Source: an uncultured virus (IMG/VR IMGVR_UViG_3300027782_000071) (taxonomy: Duplodnaviria; Heunggongvirae; Uroviricota; Caudoviricetes). Taken from it: a stretch of 64,000 nt of DNA. Under the pieces are notes generated by a model. The model had not been told where the DNA came from, made no database searches, and was given only the letters and a program-made list of their open reading frames with translations. Made by a program: the position numbers and the translations under genes. The stretch lies in the IMG/VR virus record IMGVR_UViG_3300027782_000071, positions 1 to 64,000 of that record. One strand, 5' to 3'. Positions 1-9,800 of the stretch are shown here, piece by piece; positions within the stretch are counted from its first letter, which is position 1, and every line of letters begins with the position of its first letter.

Positions 1-130
1 TTTGTTGGGCAACTTTGTAATTACCACCTGCTTCTTTTAATCCAAGTTTTGATAATACTTGTCTTACGCTAGTAGATGTTTTTACTGCTTCAATAAATTG
101 ATTATCAGTGTAAGTTCTGGGTTTTCCCAT
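1..130 (-). CDS. N-terminal part of a probable free-standing HNH-type endonuclease (truncated by window edge)
   Basis: Manual translation MGKPRTYTDNQFIEAVKTSTSVRQVLSKLGLKEAGGNYKVAQQ... resembles the 'S..eVl.kLGl...GgNy' N-terminus of phage HNH endonucleases. The catalytic motif lies outside the window. Confidence 0.55.
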   Translation of the reverse strand, partial: MGKPRTYTDNQFIEAVKTSTSVRQVLSKLGLKEAGGNYKVAQQ

Positions 131-154
131 AATAGTAACGGCAAACTCTATTAT

Positions 155-162
155 TATTTATA
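155..162 (-). promoter_or_regulatory. T4-type late promoter TATAAATA
   Basis: Exact TATAAATA on the minus strand, 25 nt upstream of the ATG at 130. Confidence 0.65.
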
Positions 163-178
163 AAATTTGCCTTTTAAG

Positions 179-461
179 TGCGAGTAGGGAGACTTGAACT
201 CCCACGGGCAATGCCCAACAGATTTTCTTACCACTATAGTTTTCACTACCCTTTCGGTTTGTGGTCTGGACTATACCTTCACCATACCTTTCGGTTTAGG
301 TGTTCCCCGTCTAGTCTCTACACCTTCAAGATTTCTCTTGCTTGGCTCGGTATTGCCATTTTACAGGTTTCACCGAATTTGAGGAATTACACTCATAAAG
401 TTTCCTAAATGAGGCTCAATTTTCATAAGTCTGGTGTGTCTACCGATTCCACCATACTCGC
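179..461 (-). tRNA. trnL: tRNA-Leu(UAA) interrupted by a group I intron (exons 461-427 and 226-179)
   Basis: 5' exon GCGAGTATGGTGGAATCGGTAGACACACCAGACTT plus 3' exon AAAATCTGTTGGGCATTGCCCGTGGGAGTTCAAGTCTCCCTACTCGCA gives a class II cloverleaf with a CU-UAA-AA loop. Confidence 0.93.
227..426 (-). ncRNA. Self-splicing group I intron (trnL-UAA/IC3-like), 200 nt, no internal ORF
   Basis: Inserted at U^AA of the anticodon. P1 (CUU..UUGAG); core elements AAATTCGGTGAAAC, GGCAATACCGAGCC, GTGTAGAGACTAGACGG, GAAGGTATAGTCC; GAAA tetraloops; ends in omega-G. Confidence 0.9.
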
Positions 462-471
462 TTGTGAGACT

Positions 472-500
472 ATTATAACTCAAAGAATCATAATAGTCAA
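472..500 (-). promoter_or_regulatory. sigma70-type (early) promoter for tRNA-Leu
   Basis: TTGACT-17nt-TATAAT. Confidence 0.75.
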
Positions 501-501
501 G

Positions 502-575
502 TGCTCCTTGTCGGGATCGAACCGACCTTAGCCGAATTATGAGTTCGGTGCTTTCAACCAGAGAGCTAAAGGAGC
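502..575 (-). tRNA. tRNA with CAU anticodon (elongator Met or lysidine-type Ile2)
   Basis: GCTCCTT...CCGAA-CTCATAA-TTCGG...GTCGG-TTCGATC-CCGAC-AAGGAGC-A. Paired G1-C72 argues against an initiator. Confidence 0.88.
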
Positions 576-605
576 ATTCTCTATTCGCAAATAACGAATA
601 GCAAA

Positions 606-693
606 TAGTCGCCCAGGGTATCGAACCCTGCCAAAGGCCCTAATCTGGGGCAAAGGACTTATAAGATCCCTCTGAACACCTGTTCTGACGACC
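606..693 (-). tRNA. Non-canonical tRNA-like gene with UAU anticodon (Ile, AUA-reading?)
   Basis: Acceptor GGTCGTC/GGCGACT-A; T arm CAGGG-TTCGATA-CCCTG; anticodon loop CT-TAT-AA; miniature D arm GAAC-AGGT-GTTC; long variable arm GCCC-CAGATTA-GGGC. Confidence 0.7.
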
Positions 694-695
694 AT

Positions 696-718
696 AAAAA
701 ACTCAGAATACTACTGAG
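696..718 (-). terminator. Weak intrinsic terminator-like hairpin after the Phd-like ORF
   Basis: CTCAG-TAGTATT-CTGAG followed by T6. Confidence 0.4.
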
Positions 719-884
719 CTTCGTTATTCTCCTCGGTGTGTATTCGTATAAGGTCGTCATCTGCGGGCATCATCACTGCTGCCTGCCCGTTTTCGTTGAC
801 GATACCTAAATGTTCTCCATTTTCAACTCTTTCCACAAGTTCGTCGAATCTTTCTTGAAACTCTTCCACTGTAAAAACTTCCAT
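711..884 (-). CDS. 57-aa Phd/YefM antitoxin-like small protein (not in the ORF track)
   Basis: MEVFTVEEFQERFDELVERVENGEHLGIVNENGQAAVMMPADDD... fits the Phd/YefM pattern (t..ef...f.ell.rV..Ge.i.I....g.aVl.p). Confidence 0.65.
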   Translation of the reverse strand: MEVFTVEEFQERFDELVERVENGEHLGIVNENGQAAVMMPADDDLIRIHTEENNEAQ

Positions 885-887
885 TTC

Positions 888-1073
888 TTAAAAGGGATTA
901 CTGTATGCAAGGCAATCTTCACTTACCCGAGTGCGAACTACTTCCAGTACGCTCATAAACTGGTCAACAGTCTCACATTCTACAACTTGTTCTTTACCTT
1001 CACTCGAATAAAGATAGAACTTTCGTGCAAGAGTATCGACAACGCAACGACTCAAGAACTCTTCGGTTTGCAT
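888..1073 (-). CDS. Conserved small cyanophage-type hypothetical protein
   Basis: 61-aa ORF directly downstream of a consensus promoter and adjacent to the next ORF. Confidence 0.7.
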   Translation of the reverse strand: MQTEEFLSRCVVDTLARKFYLYSSEGKEQVVECETVDQFMSVLEVVRTRVSEDCLAYSNPF

Positions 1074-1098
1074 TCGGTCTTTGATTGATTACCTGAAT

Positions 1099-1127
1099 AT
1101 TATATGACGCTTAGGGGAATCTGTCAA
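1099..1127 (-). promoter_or_regulatory. Consensus sigma70 early promoter
   Basis: Perfect TTGACA-17nt-TATAAT. Confidence 0.85.
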
Positions 1128-1133
1128 GGGGGA

Positions 1134-1157
1134 TGTGCCAGTTGATCAAGTGTAACA
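1134..1157. promoter_or_regulatory. Imperfect inverted repeat just upstream of the early promoter
   Basis: TGTGCCAGTT-GATC-AAGTGTAACA. Confidence 0.4.
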
Positions 1158-1721
1158 TTAAATACTAAAGTAAAAATAAGCATTAGCGCCATATGTGCTC
1201 GCAAAAAGTCCATTTCCACCATTTATAGAACCATCTGTTGTGTATTGCACTTGTCCAGAATTAGAAAGTGATGCTGGATTAAATGGAGATGTTGTATAAT
1301 ATTGATTACTTACATTACCCGAAACTCTAAAAATTCGATTACCATTAAATGACATGCTATAAAAATCAAAAAATAACTCAGATGCGCCATAAATTCCACT
1401 AACTCCAAGAAATCCAGTTCTGAAGATATAAAAAATATCATTCAGTATATTATAATTTGTTGTTGATAGTGGAGTAATATTGGTTGTTTGAATCACCCCA
1501 TCGCCTGAAAAAGTTGTACCAGGATAAGTCACTGGAAATCTGATAGATTTTGTTCCGTTGGGGTCATTTAATACTTCAATACTATATGTGGTAGAAGATG
1601 CGCCGAGGAAAGTATAAGTATTTCCAGAAGTTGTACCTAATGAAAAATCCACAGAACTTTGAACTATTCCATCAACTAATGAATAACCACTAAAAAAAAA
1701 CATCTGTTGAATAGTTGTCAT
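1158..1721 (-). CDS. Hypothetical beta-rich protein, probable fibre tip/accessory
   Basis: 187 aa, Ser/Thr/Gly/aromatic rich; ATGA-coupled to the upstream fibre gene. Confidence 0.6.
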   Translation of the reverse strand: MTTIQQMFFFSGYSLVDGIVQSSVDFSLGTTSGNTYTFLGASSTTYSIEVLNDPNGTKSIRFPVTYPGTTFSGDGVIQTTNITPLSTTNYNILNDIFYIFRTGFLGVSGIYGASELFFDFYSMSFNGNRIFRVSGNVSNQYYTTSPFNPASLSNSGQVQYTTDGSINGGNGLFASTYGANAYFYFSI

Positions 1722-4700
1722 GATAATCCTGCTCCAGAAATTACAAATGTATTAGGTGTAACGACACAAAGAACAGTACATACACCTCTTTGTGCCAATA
1801 TTCTATCTGCATTTATTGAAGTTCCGGCAAGATACATTGTTACTCCTGATCGAGAAATTGTTTGTGATGATGCAGAATTATTATAGATTGTAATTGCATC
1901 ACCTGCACTGAACACACCAGATGGAACAGTAACTCCACCTGTGGTGGTATTAATCAATTCTCCAACATCTTCTATTACAAGAGTATAACTAGCAGATTTC
2001 GCATTATTTGGAAGTTTTCTAATATTTCCACCTACATCTGCAACTATTGTTGATGTTAATGTTCCAGTTGATGGATTGTATGTGAGTTTACTTGATGATG
2101 TTCTAAAATCAGCACTAGATGAAGATGTTGAAATTGTTGGATAATAAGTTGAATTTGTACTGGTATCATCAGATAATAATGCAGTAGATTTTCCAACAGC
2201 AGAAGTAACCGCCCAGGTACGGTAATTGGAACCAGCAGAATAAGTTTGAGTACTATATCTTAAATAAACTCCATTATAATATTTTGCCGCTGCTGGAACT
2301 GTTGCGGATACCAATGTCCAAACATTAGAAGTATAACTTCCAACAGTAACAGTACCTAAAATATTCCAGATTGAATTGTCATAAGAATATTCCAAATATA
2401 GATCATCATAAGCAGTATCTCCCCATCCACCACCACCTCGGTTTACATAAAATTGAATAATATCGACTGCTGCAAGACAAATCTTAGATCTGTTGGTTAT
2501 TCTTCTGGGAGATCCATACCATCCAGGATAAAGATCCGCTTCACCAAATACTACAATTGAAGTTGTGGATGGAACTTGAGTAGCTGAATTCATTCCAGAT
2601 ACTGATCCAACAGTAGTTAATCTTCCCCCAGATGTAGGAGTTGGAAGATCCACCGTATCTTGATTTAATAAATCAATTACACTAAAACTACTTGGACTAT
2701 ATGATTGATCAAATTCATTAATTGTTGTTACTATTGAAGTAACAGCCCAAGTACGATAAACATTTGCAGTACCATAAGAACCATTATTAAATCTTAAAAA
2801 TACACCATTATAATACTTTGCCGCTGCAGGAATTACAACTTCTCTTAGTGCCCATACGTTACTGAATACCTCTGTATATCCATCATAACTAGCAACGCCT
2901 ACAGTATAAAGTGTAGTCCAACCACTAGTCCCATTAATAGAATATTCCAAGTATAACGGATCGTATGCTATATCTCCCCATCCACCACCACCTCTATTTA
3001 CATAGAAATATAAAGTTTTTAGTCCTGCAAGAAAAACCTTATTTTTAATAGTGACTGTTCTTGTAGAACTAATATATCCATTACCATCAAAAACTATAAT
3101 TGGAGTTGTGGATGGAACTTGAGTAGCTACTGCCATTCCAGTTACTGATCCAACAGTCGTTAATCTGGTTCCTGGTTGAGGTGTTGGTAGATCAAAATTA
3201 TTTGAAGATGATAAATCTAATAGTGCAAGAGAAGTAGATCCTCCAGATGAACCAGTAGATCCTGCTGCACCATCTAAATCAAATGTTATGGAAGTAACAG
3301 CCCAAGTACGATAAACACTTGCAGTACCATAATAACCATTATTAAATCTTAAAAAGACGCCATTATAATACTTTGCCGCAGCTGGAACTGTAATACTCAA
3401 TAATGTCCATACATTACTATCTTGAATATCTCCATCATCAATCGTCCATAAAGTAGTCCAACTAGAACCGTCAATAGAATATTGTAAATATAAAGGATCG
3501 TATGCTATATCTCCCCATCCACCACCACCTTTATTCACATAGAAATAAACTTTACTTACTGATGTTAGAAAAACCTTATTCTTAGTAGTGACTGTTCTTG
3601 TTGAATTATTGTAACCATTACCATCAAAAACTATAATTGGAGTCGTGGATGGAACTTCAGTTCTTGAATTCATTCCAGATACTGATCCAACAGTCGTTAA
3701 TCTGGTTCCTGGTTGAGGTGTTGGTAAATCAAAATTATTTGAAGATGATAAATCTAATAGTGCAAGAGAAGTAGATCCTCCGGATGATGCTCCTCCAGAT
3801 GATCCTGGAATAGAAAAAGATGCTACTATGGAAGTAACAGCCCAAGTACGATAAACAGTTGCAGTACCATAAGAACCATTATTAAATCTTAAAAATACAC
3901 CATTATAATACTTTGCCGCAGCTGGAACTGTAATACTCAATAATGTCCATACATTACTATCTTGAATATCTCCATCATCAATCGTCCATAAAGTAGTCCA
4001 ACCACTAGTCCCATTAATAGAATATTCCAAGTATAAAGGATCGTATGCTATATCTCCCCATCCACCACCACCTTTATTCACATAGAAATAAATTTTATCT
4101 ACAGTAACAAAATATACTTTATTTGGGGTGGTAACTGTTCTTGTACTACTATATATACCATTACCATCAAAAACTGCAATTGGAGTTGTGCCTGGAACTT
4201 CAGTTCTTGTATTCATTCCAGTTACTGATCCAACAGTCGTTAATCTGGTTCCAGAATTATTGGGATATGTTGGCAATATTGCTGTATTTGATGTTGATAA
4301 ATCAAAAACTGCAAATGAGTTTGATCCACTACTTGATGAAGATCCGCCAGAAGCACCCAATTGATAAATTAGTGATGTAACTGCCCAAGTATCATTTCCA
4401 GAACTTGGAGATGTGGATTGGGCAAATCTTAAAAAGACGCCATTATAATATTGAGAACCTGTAAAATTACTAAGTATAATTTCTCGTTGTGTCCATACAT
4501 TACTAGATAATACCGAATAATCTACAGAATCTATAGTAGTCCAACTAGAACCATTAATCGAATATTGTAAATTTATTGCATCAAAAGGAGTATCTCCCCA
4601 TCCACCACCGCCTCGGTTTATATAATAAAATAACTTAGTTACTGATGTTAAATAAACTTTATTAATATTTGTTAAAGTTCTAGCACCAGTGCCGTCAAAA

Positions 4701-6430
4701 ACTGCAATTGAAGTCGTGCCTGGAACTTGAGTATCTACATTTATTCCAGTTACTGATCCAACAGTTGTGAGTCTCGCACCTGCCCCTACAGTTAATGTTC
4801 CAGATACAGAAGTATCCATTAAAGCAAGACTTCCACCACTTCCACTAGTGGCGACTGAAGCAGAAGCACCTTGAAGTCCTTGGGTATTCTGAGTACCTTG
4901 AGCACCTGCTCCACCTTGAGCACCAGAACCGCCAGTAAATCCTTGAGCACCTTGACGACCTTGAGCACCTTGTGATCCTACACTACCTTGAGCGCCTGTA
5001 GAACCAGTTTGTCCAGATACTCCTTGAAGACCTTGGTTACCTTGAGCACCTTGACGACCTTGAGTACCTTGATCACCTACAGCACCTTGAGCACCCGAGA
5101 ATCCACTAAGACCTTGAATACCTTGGCGACCTTGAGTACCTTGGAAACCTTGTGGCCCTTGAATACCTTGAGCGCCTTGATTTCCTGCAGTTCCTTGAAT
5201 ACCTTGAGCACCTTGATCTCCTTTAATACCCGCCTGTCCAGTCAATCCTTGAGTACCTTGATAACCTTGCGATCCTATAGATCCTTGAGTACCTTGATTT
5301 GCTCTTCCTTGAATACCTTGAGCTCCTTGGAACCCAGCAGATCCTTGAGCACCTTGTGAACCAACACCTTGCAATCCTTGAATACCTTGAATTCCTTGAT
5401 TACCTTGATTACCTTGAGTACCTTGGAAATTACTCAAAAATCCTTGAAGACCTTGAATACCTTGATTACCTTGCGTACTTTGAATTCCTTGAGCACCTTG
5501 ACCAACAAATTCACCAGAAAGTCCTTGAGCACCTTGAGTTCCTTGAGCACCTTGAGTTCCTTGAGCACCTTGTCCAACAAATAAACCAGAAACGCCTTGA
5601 ATACCTTGACGACCTTGAGTACCTTGAGTACCTTGATCACCCACAGTTCCTTGACTCCCCACAGAACCAACTGATCCACTAATACCCTGAAATCCTTGTG
5701 ATCCTATGGATCCTTGAATACCTTGATTTGATAATCCTTGAGTACCCTGATTTCCTTGAATACCCTGAAATCCTTGAGATCCTATAGATCCCTGAGTACC
5801 TTGATTTGATAATCCCTGAGTACCTTGAGTACCTTGATTTCCTTGAGTACCCTGAGATCCTTGAGATCCTTGAGTACTCTGATTTCCTTGAACACCTTGA
5901 TTTCCTTGACGACCTTGAGTACCTTGAGCACCTTGACCAACAAATTCTCCACTTATACCCTGATTACCCTGATTACCCTGATTACCTTGATTACCCTGAG
6001 TCCCTTGAGTACCTTGGGCACCTTGAGAACCTTGACGACCTTGAGTACCCTGAGTACCCTGAGTACCTTGAGTACCCTGAGTACCTTGAGTACCTTGGAA
6101 ATTACTTAAAAATCCTTGAACACCTTGAGCACCCTGAGTACCTTGAGCACCCTGAGTACCTTGAGCACCCTGAGTACCAGAAGGTCCAGTAGAACCAATT
6201 CCAGAAAGACTACTTGTTTTTATCCAATATCTTTTTCCAATTTCTCCCGCTACTGCACCTAAAAGGTATTGATCTCCTACTGGAAAAGGATTTGCAACAA
6301 CAGATGATACACCAACTATTGGATCTCCTAAATCTGGTTCTGCTTGCTCTAATCCCAGATATTGGTAACGATCCGATGTAATACCAGTTTGTCCAAATCT
6401 TTTTACTCTTCCAGAATTATATTTTGTCAT
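1718..6430 (-). CDS. Collagen-like tail fibre with five tandem reelin-like beta-sandwich domains
   Basis: Long Gly-X-Gln tract, then 5 repeats containing GGGGWGD..YD.LYLxYSING..W and xLR[F/Y]....TWAVTS, then a fibre-type C-terminus. Confidence 0.8.
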   Translation of the reverse strand: MTKYNSGRVKRFGQTGITSDRYQYLGLEQAEPDLGDPIVGVSSVVANPFPVGDQYLLGAVAGEIGKRYWIKTSSLSGIGSTGPSGTQGAQGTQGAQGTQGAQGVQGFLSNFQGTQGTQGTQGTQGTQGTQGRQGSQGAQGTQGTQGNQGNQGNQGNQGISGEFVGQGAQGTQGRQGNQGVQGNQSTQGSQGSQGTQGNQGTQGTQGLSNQGTQGSIGSQGFQGIQGNQGTQGLSNQGIQGSIGSQGFQGISGSVGSVGSQGTVGDQGTQGTQGRQGIQGVSGLFVGQGAQGTQGAQGTQGAQGLSGEFVGQGAQGIQSTQGNQGIQGLQGFLSNFQGTQGNQGNQGIQGIQGLQGVGSQGAQGSAGFQGAQGIQGRANQGTQGSIGSQGYQGTQGLTGQAGIKGDQGAQGIQGTAGNQGAQGIQGPQGFQGTQGRQGIQGLSGFSGAQGAVGDQGTQGRQGAQGNQGLQGVSGQTGSTGAQGSVGSQGAQGRQGAQGFTGGSGAQGGAGAQGTQNTQGLQGASASVATSGSGGSLALMDTSVSGTLTVGAGARLTTVGSVTGINVDTQVPGTTSIAVFDGTGARTLTNINKVYLTSVTKLFYYINRGGGGWGDTPFDAINLQYSINGSSWTTIDSVDYSVLSSNVWTQREIILSNFTGSQYYNGVFLRFAQSTSPSSGNDTWAVTSLIYQLGASGGSSSSSGSNSFAVFDLSTSNTAILPTYPNNSGTRLTTVGSVTGMNTRTEVPGTTPIAVFDGNGIYSSTRTVTTPNKVYFVTVDKIYFYVNKGGGGWGDIAYDPLYLEYSINGTSGWTTLWTIDDGDIQDSNVWTLLSITVPAAAKYYNGVFLRFNNGSYGTATVYRTWAVTSIVASFSIPGSSGGASSGGSTSLALLDLSSSNNFDLPTPQPGTRLTTVGSVSGMNSRTEVPSTTPIIVFDGNGYNNSTRTVTTKNKVFLTSVSKVYFYVNKGGGGWGDIAYDPLYLQYSIDGSSWTTLWTIDDGDIQDSNVWTLLSITVPAAAKYYNGVFLRFNNGYYGTASVYRTWAVTSITFDLDGAAGSTGSSGGSTSLALLDLSSSNNFDLPTPQPGTRLTTVGSVTGMAVATQVPSTTPIIVFDGNGYISSTRTVTIKNKVFLAGLKTLYFYVNRGGGGWGDIAYDPLYLEYSINGTSGWTTLYTVGVASYDGYTEVFSNVWALREVVIPAAAKYYNGVFLRFNNGSYGTANVYRTWAVTSIVTTINEFDQSYSPSSFSVIDLLNQDTVDLPTPTSGGRLTTVGSVSGMNSATQVPSTTSIVVFGEADLYPGWYGSPRRITNRSKICLAAVDIIQFYVNRGGGGWGDTAYDDLYLEYSYDNSIWNILGTVTVGSYTSNVWTLVSATVPAAAKYYNGVYLRYSTQTYSAGSNYRTWAVTSAVGKSTALLSDDTSTNSTYYPTISTSSSSADFRTSSSKLTYNPSTGTLTSTIVADVGGNIRKLPNNAKSASYTLVIEDVGELINTTTGGVTVPSGVFSAGDAITIYNNSASSQTISRSGVTMYLAGTSINADRILAQRGVCTVLCVVTPNTFVISGAGLS
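2190..4830 (-). repeat. Five ~180-aa (~540 bp) internal domain repeats, partly near-identical in DNA
   Basis: Recurring RLTTVGSV(T/S)G, GGGGWGD, YYNGV[F/Y]LR, TWAVTS; long identical DNA tracts between ~3290-3545 and ~3830-4090. Confidence 0.85.
4865..6190 (-). repeat. Collagen-like (Gly-X-Gln)n coding repeat
   Basis: 9-bp periodic ccttgagta/ccttgagca tract on the plus strand. Confidence 0.92.
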
Positions 6431-6438
6431 TTATTTTA

Positions 6439-6798
6439 TTACTGCTTAGCAGTTTCAAGAACACTTAAAATAAGATTCAATACTCCATTTGCATTTGCTT
6501 GAATTTTAATAGCATCATTAGTTTCTAATGCCAGTCTCCCATCAGAAACCAAATTATAAGCATCATTTGGAGGAATTGAAACTGCATTTGCAAAAACATA
6601 ATCCGTAGGACTATCCGTACCCCTATAATGTGATGCTGTCACTGAATATGTACTTGCAGATGCTCCTACGGAAATATTAGCAACTTTGGAAAGAATAACA
6701 ATTGAAGATACTCCAATTGGGCAAGTATAAATTCCAACATTATTTGTTGTAATTCCGACTCGTATTGTTCTAAATTTATTAAGTGCAATTGCTGCCAT
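6439..6798 (-). CDS. Small conserved virion/fibre-associated protein
   Basis: 119-aa beta-rich ORF (...IPPNDA..L..GRLALETND.I.I) between two fibre genes. Confidence 0.7.
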   Translation of the reverse strand: MAAIALNKFRTIRVGITTNNVGIYTCPIGVSSIVILSKVANISVGASASTYSVTASHYRGTDSPTDYVFANAVSIPPNDAYNLVSDGRLALETNDAIKIQANANGVLNLILSVLETAKQ

Positions 6799-6802
6799 TT
6801 TT

Positions 6803-9800
6803 TTAACTCAATGCAATGATTAGGGGTGTTACTGTATTTAACAGACTTTGACTGAACGCCCTTCCAGAAATAGTACCAGTTAATTGATTAATTACAACGC
6901 CATCACCAATTTGGAAGTTACCGCCTTGATTTGTACTGGTATAAACAACTTGTCCACCATTACGTTTATCAGTTTCATTTTCCTGAATAGTAACTCCACC
7001 CAATGCGGGTTTTGCAGTATTAATATCTGTACCAGATCCTACCCATTCAAGTGAAATTGATGTTGCAATCTGAAGGCTGATTCTTGAGAAATAAACTGTC
7101 GTACCAGGATCAACACTATTATTTAGATTCTGTGTCAGAATAACAGTTGAGATGCCAGAAACAGGAAGTGTTGCAGTTTGAATCGTATAATATAAAGGAT
7201 ATAATACTGCTGTTGCATCACCACCAACTCCAGATCCTCCAGGAGCATTGGAAATTGTTACATTAGGAACTGTTGAATATTGACTTCCAGTACTAATAAC
7301 ATCAATGGAAGTTATAATACCATTTTCATCCACATTTGCGGATGCTTCTGCACGAATTCCACTAGGACCTTCTGGAAAATCAATTGTCACATTTGGTGGA
7401 TTAAGTTGACTATATCCACTTCCACCATTAGTAACTTGAAGAGAATTTATTTGATAATATAATTCTCCAAAATAAATTGCCTGACCATCATATGGACGTT
7501 GCCCGCCCAATCCAGAAATTGTCACAGTATCAGTTTCAATTTCAGCACTATTAACTACTTCACCAGTATAACGGTAAATTGATTTTGTCTCATAATCTCC
7601 AACACCATCAGATACTAGTCCATAGTTTCCGAATGAACAGTTGGAGTTTGTAATGTCGCATTGTCCACCAGACTTAGTAAAGATGCCAATATCATCGCAA
7701 ATTGTAAAGATCGAAACTAACTGAGAATATGCACCATTTGTAATTGAGCATCCAATTCCACCTTGATTGTATTGTGTATAAGAGTCAACACTCATGGTCC
7801 CAGTTACACCAATATCTTCTGCCTCTCCAGGTTCTGCGTTAAATCCATCAACTCTCATTCCAATACTATCTGGAATAAAGTTTGTACAGTTTCTAATATA
7901 AGGACCTTGAGTAATAGGACCAACACCCTTAGAATATGGAGGAAGAACTACGCCACCAGTAACATACTTATGTGCCATTGGTGCTGTACCAACGTTAACA
8001 GTAAATGTACTTCCAGTGCCAACAACACTTAATACTCTAAAATCATATCCATTATTTCCTGTTGGATAGATTGTAGTTGTTCCAGAACCACTTAAACAAG
8101 AAAACTCCAAATCACGAATGGTTACAAAATCTCCAACTCTCACATTCAAATTTGGAGCAGTGATTGTGGTAATTCCAGTTAAATTATTATATGATGCAGT
8201 GGTAACACCTACTGAACGATTTATAATATATCCTCCAGAAACATATGTATGTGGAATAGTACTAATTCCAGTATAGATGTCAAATGTCCCATTTGGATAG
8301 ACTTTTTCAATATAAAACTCATATCCATATCTTCCAGATGGGAATAATTGAGTCGATGTTGGTCCACCAGATGAACAAGAGAAAAGTAAATCACGGACTT
8401 CGATAATATCACCCTTTTTCAAAGAGAATCCTTGTGATGTAATTGTTGTTTTACCACTCTTTTCATCATAAATTGCATTTTGAATTTTTCTAATCGAATC
8501 AAATCCAGATCCCCTATTTCCGGGATATGTGGTATTAAATCCAACATATGCAAATGCTGTAGATCCAAATCCTACAATTGAAGTTACAATGCCAACACAA
8601 GATTTTAATGCTGATGCAACATCGGCACACGAAGCAATAACATCATTAAATCCGGTTTTAGGATCAACTTGCATTGCAAGATCTTTGATTTGTGTGTATT
8701 GATTTTGGAAGTTTGTGTATTTTTGAATTGTTCCACCCGAAACATAAGTATGTGGTAAGGTTGATTGTCCAACTACAACTTCAAATGTGTTCACTCCAAC
8801 TATAGATTTAACTGGGAAAATATACCCAAGATTTCCACTTGGATATAATAATGTTCCAGGTCCAGAAGGGCAAGTGAATCCAAGACCAGCAATCTTTACT
8901 GGATCATTTTTAGTCAATCCGTGGTTTATTGCGGTTATAGTTGTAATACCTGTATTTGCATCATACACAGCATTTACCACAGTGGTTCCCAATCCAACAG
9001 GATAACCTCCCCAGGAGCAGTTATTAATTACGGCTCGGGCAATATTGAATGAATAATTAAATGTTGAGATTGTTTGTTGAACTTCTCCAGGATTATGAAG
9101 AATTTGTGGAATTAGATTCCAATTAGAATCATAATAAGCTTTACCTGCCGCAACCGATCTAGAGTTTCCACCTCTTGTAATATCATGAATTATACACTTC
9201 CATACCGATCTAACATCATCTGAACAATCTCCACTTTCAAGTACAACACCATAACGAACTGATGGTGCAGTTAATGTACTTGCTGCCCCAATCATATTGG
9301 TCACAATACCGACAAGTTGGCGAATAGTTGTTCCGACACCAACACATCCACCATTTACAATAATTACCGATGCATCTTTGATTTGGGAAACACTACCAAT
9401 TCCAGATTGATATGAAATTGGAGGAGTATAATTATTAATCACATGAGTTGCAATTCCTGCAGCATAATTTAGTGCAGCAATTGTTGCTCTTTGAGTTGCA
9501 ATACCAGTAATATGAATTAGACCACCAGAACTATTGAAATATGAATATCCCGCACCAATTGATTTGCGATTACTGTTTGCCTTAAGATCATAAGAAACAG
9601 CATTCATAATGCTGACAACATCTTCCCTACAGTTTGTATAATCTCCGCTTGATAATGTAAATCCATATCCAACAGGTGATGTTAAGAATCCAACTGCTTC
9701 TGCAGAAATATAATTTAAGTTCTTATCAATTAGTCTTGCAGCATCTTGCTCTCTGTGACTGCCTGCAAATCCACTAAATCCACTTGTTAAGAATCCAACA

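Noticed and set aside
178..408. 76-aa and 62-aa plus-strand ORFs
   Set aside because: Antisense to the tRNA-Leu and its intron
581..601. Hairpin CTATTCG-N7-CGAATAG between two tRNAs
   Set aside because: Real inverted repeat but too short to assign; no U-tract; possibly a processing signal
2190..4830. Diversity-generating retroelement TR/VR pair
   Set aside because: No reverse transcriptase in the window, all copies are coding, and differences are not evidently adenine-specific
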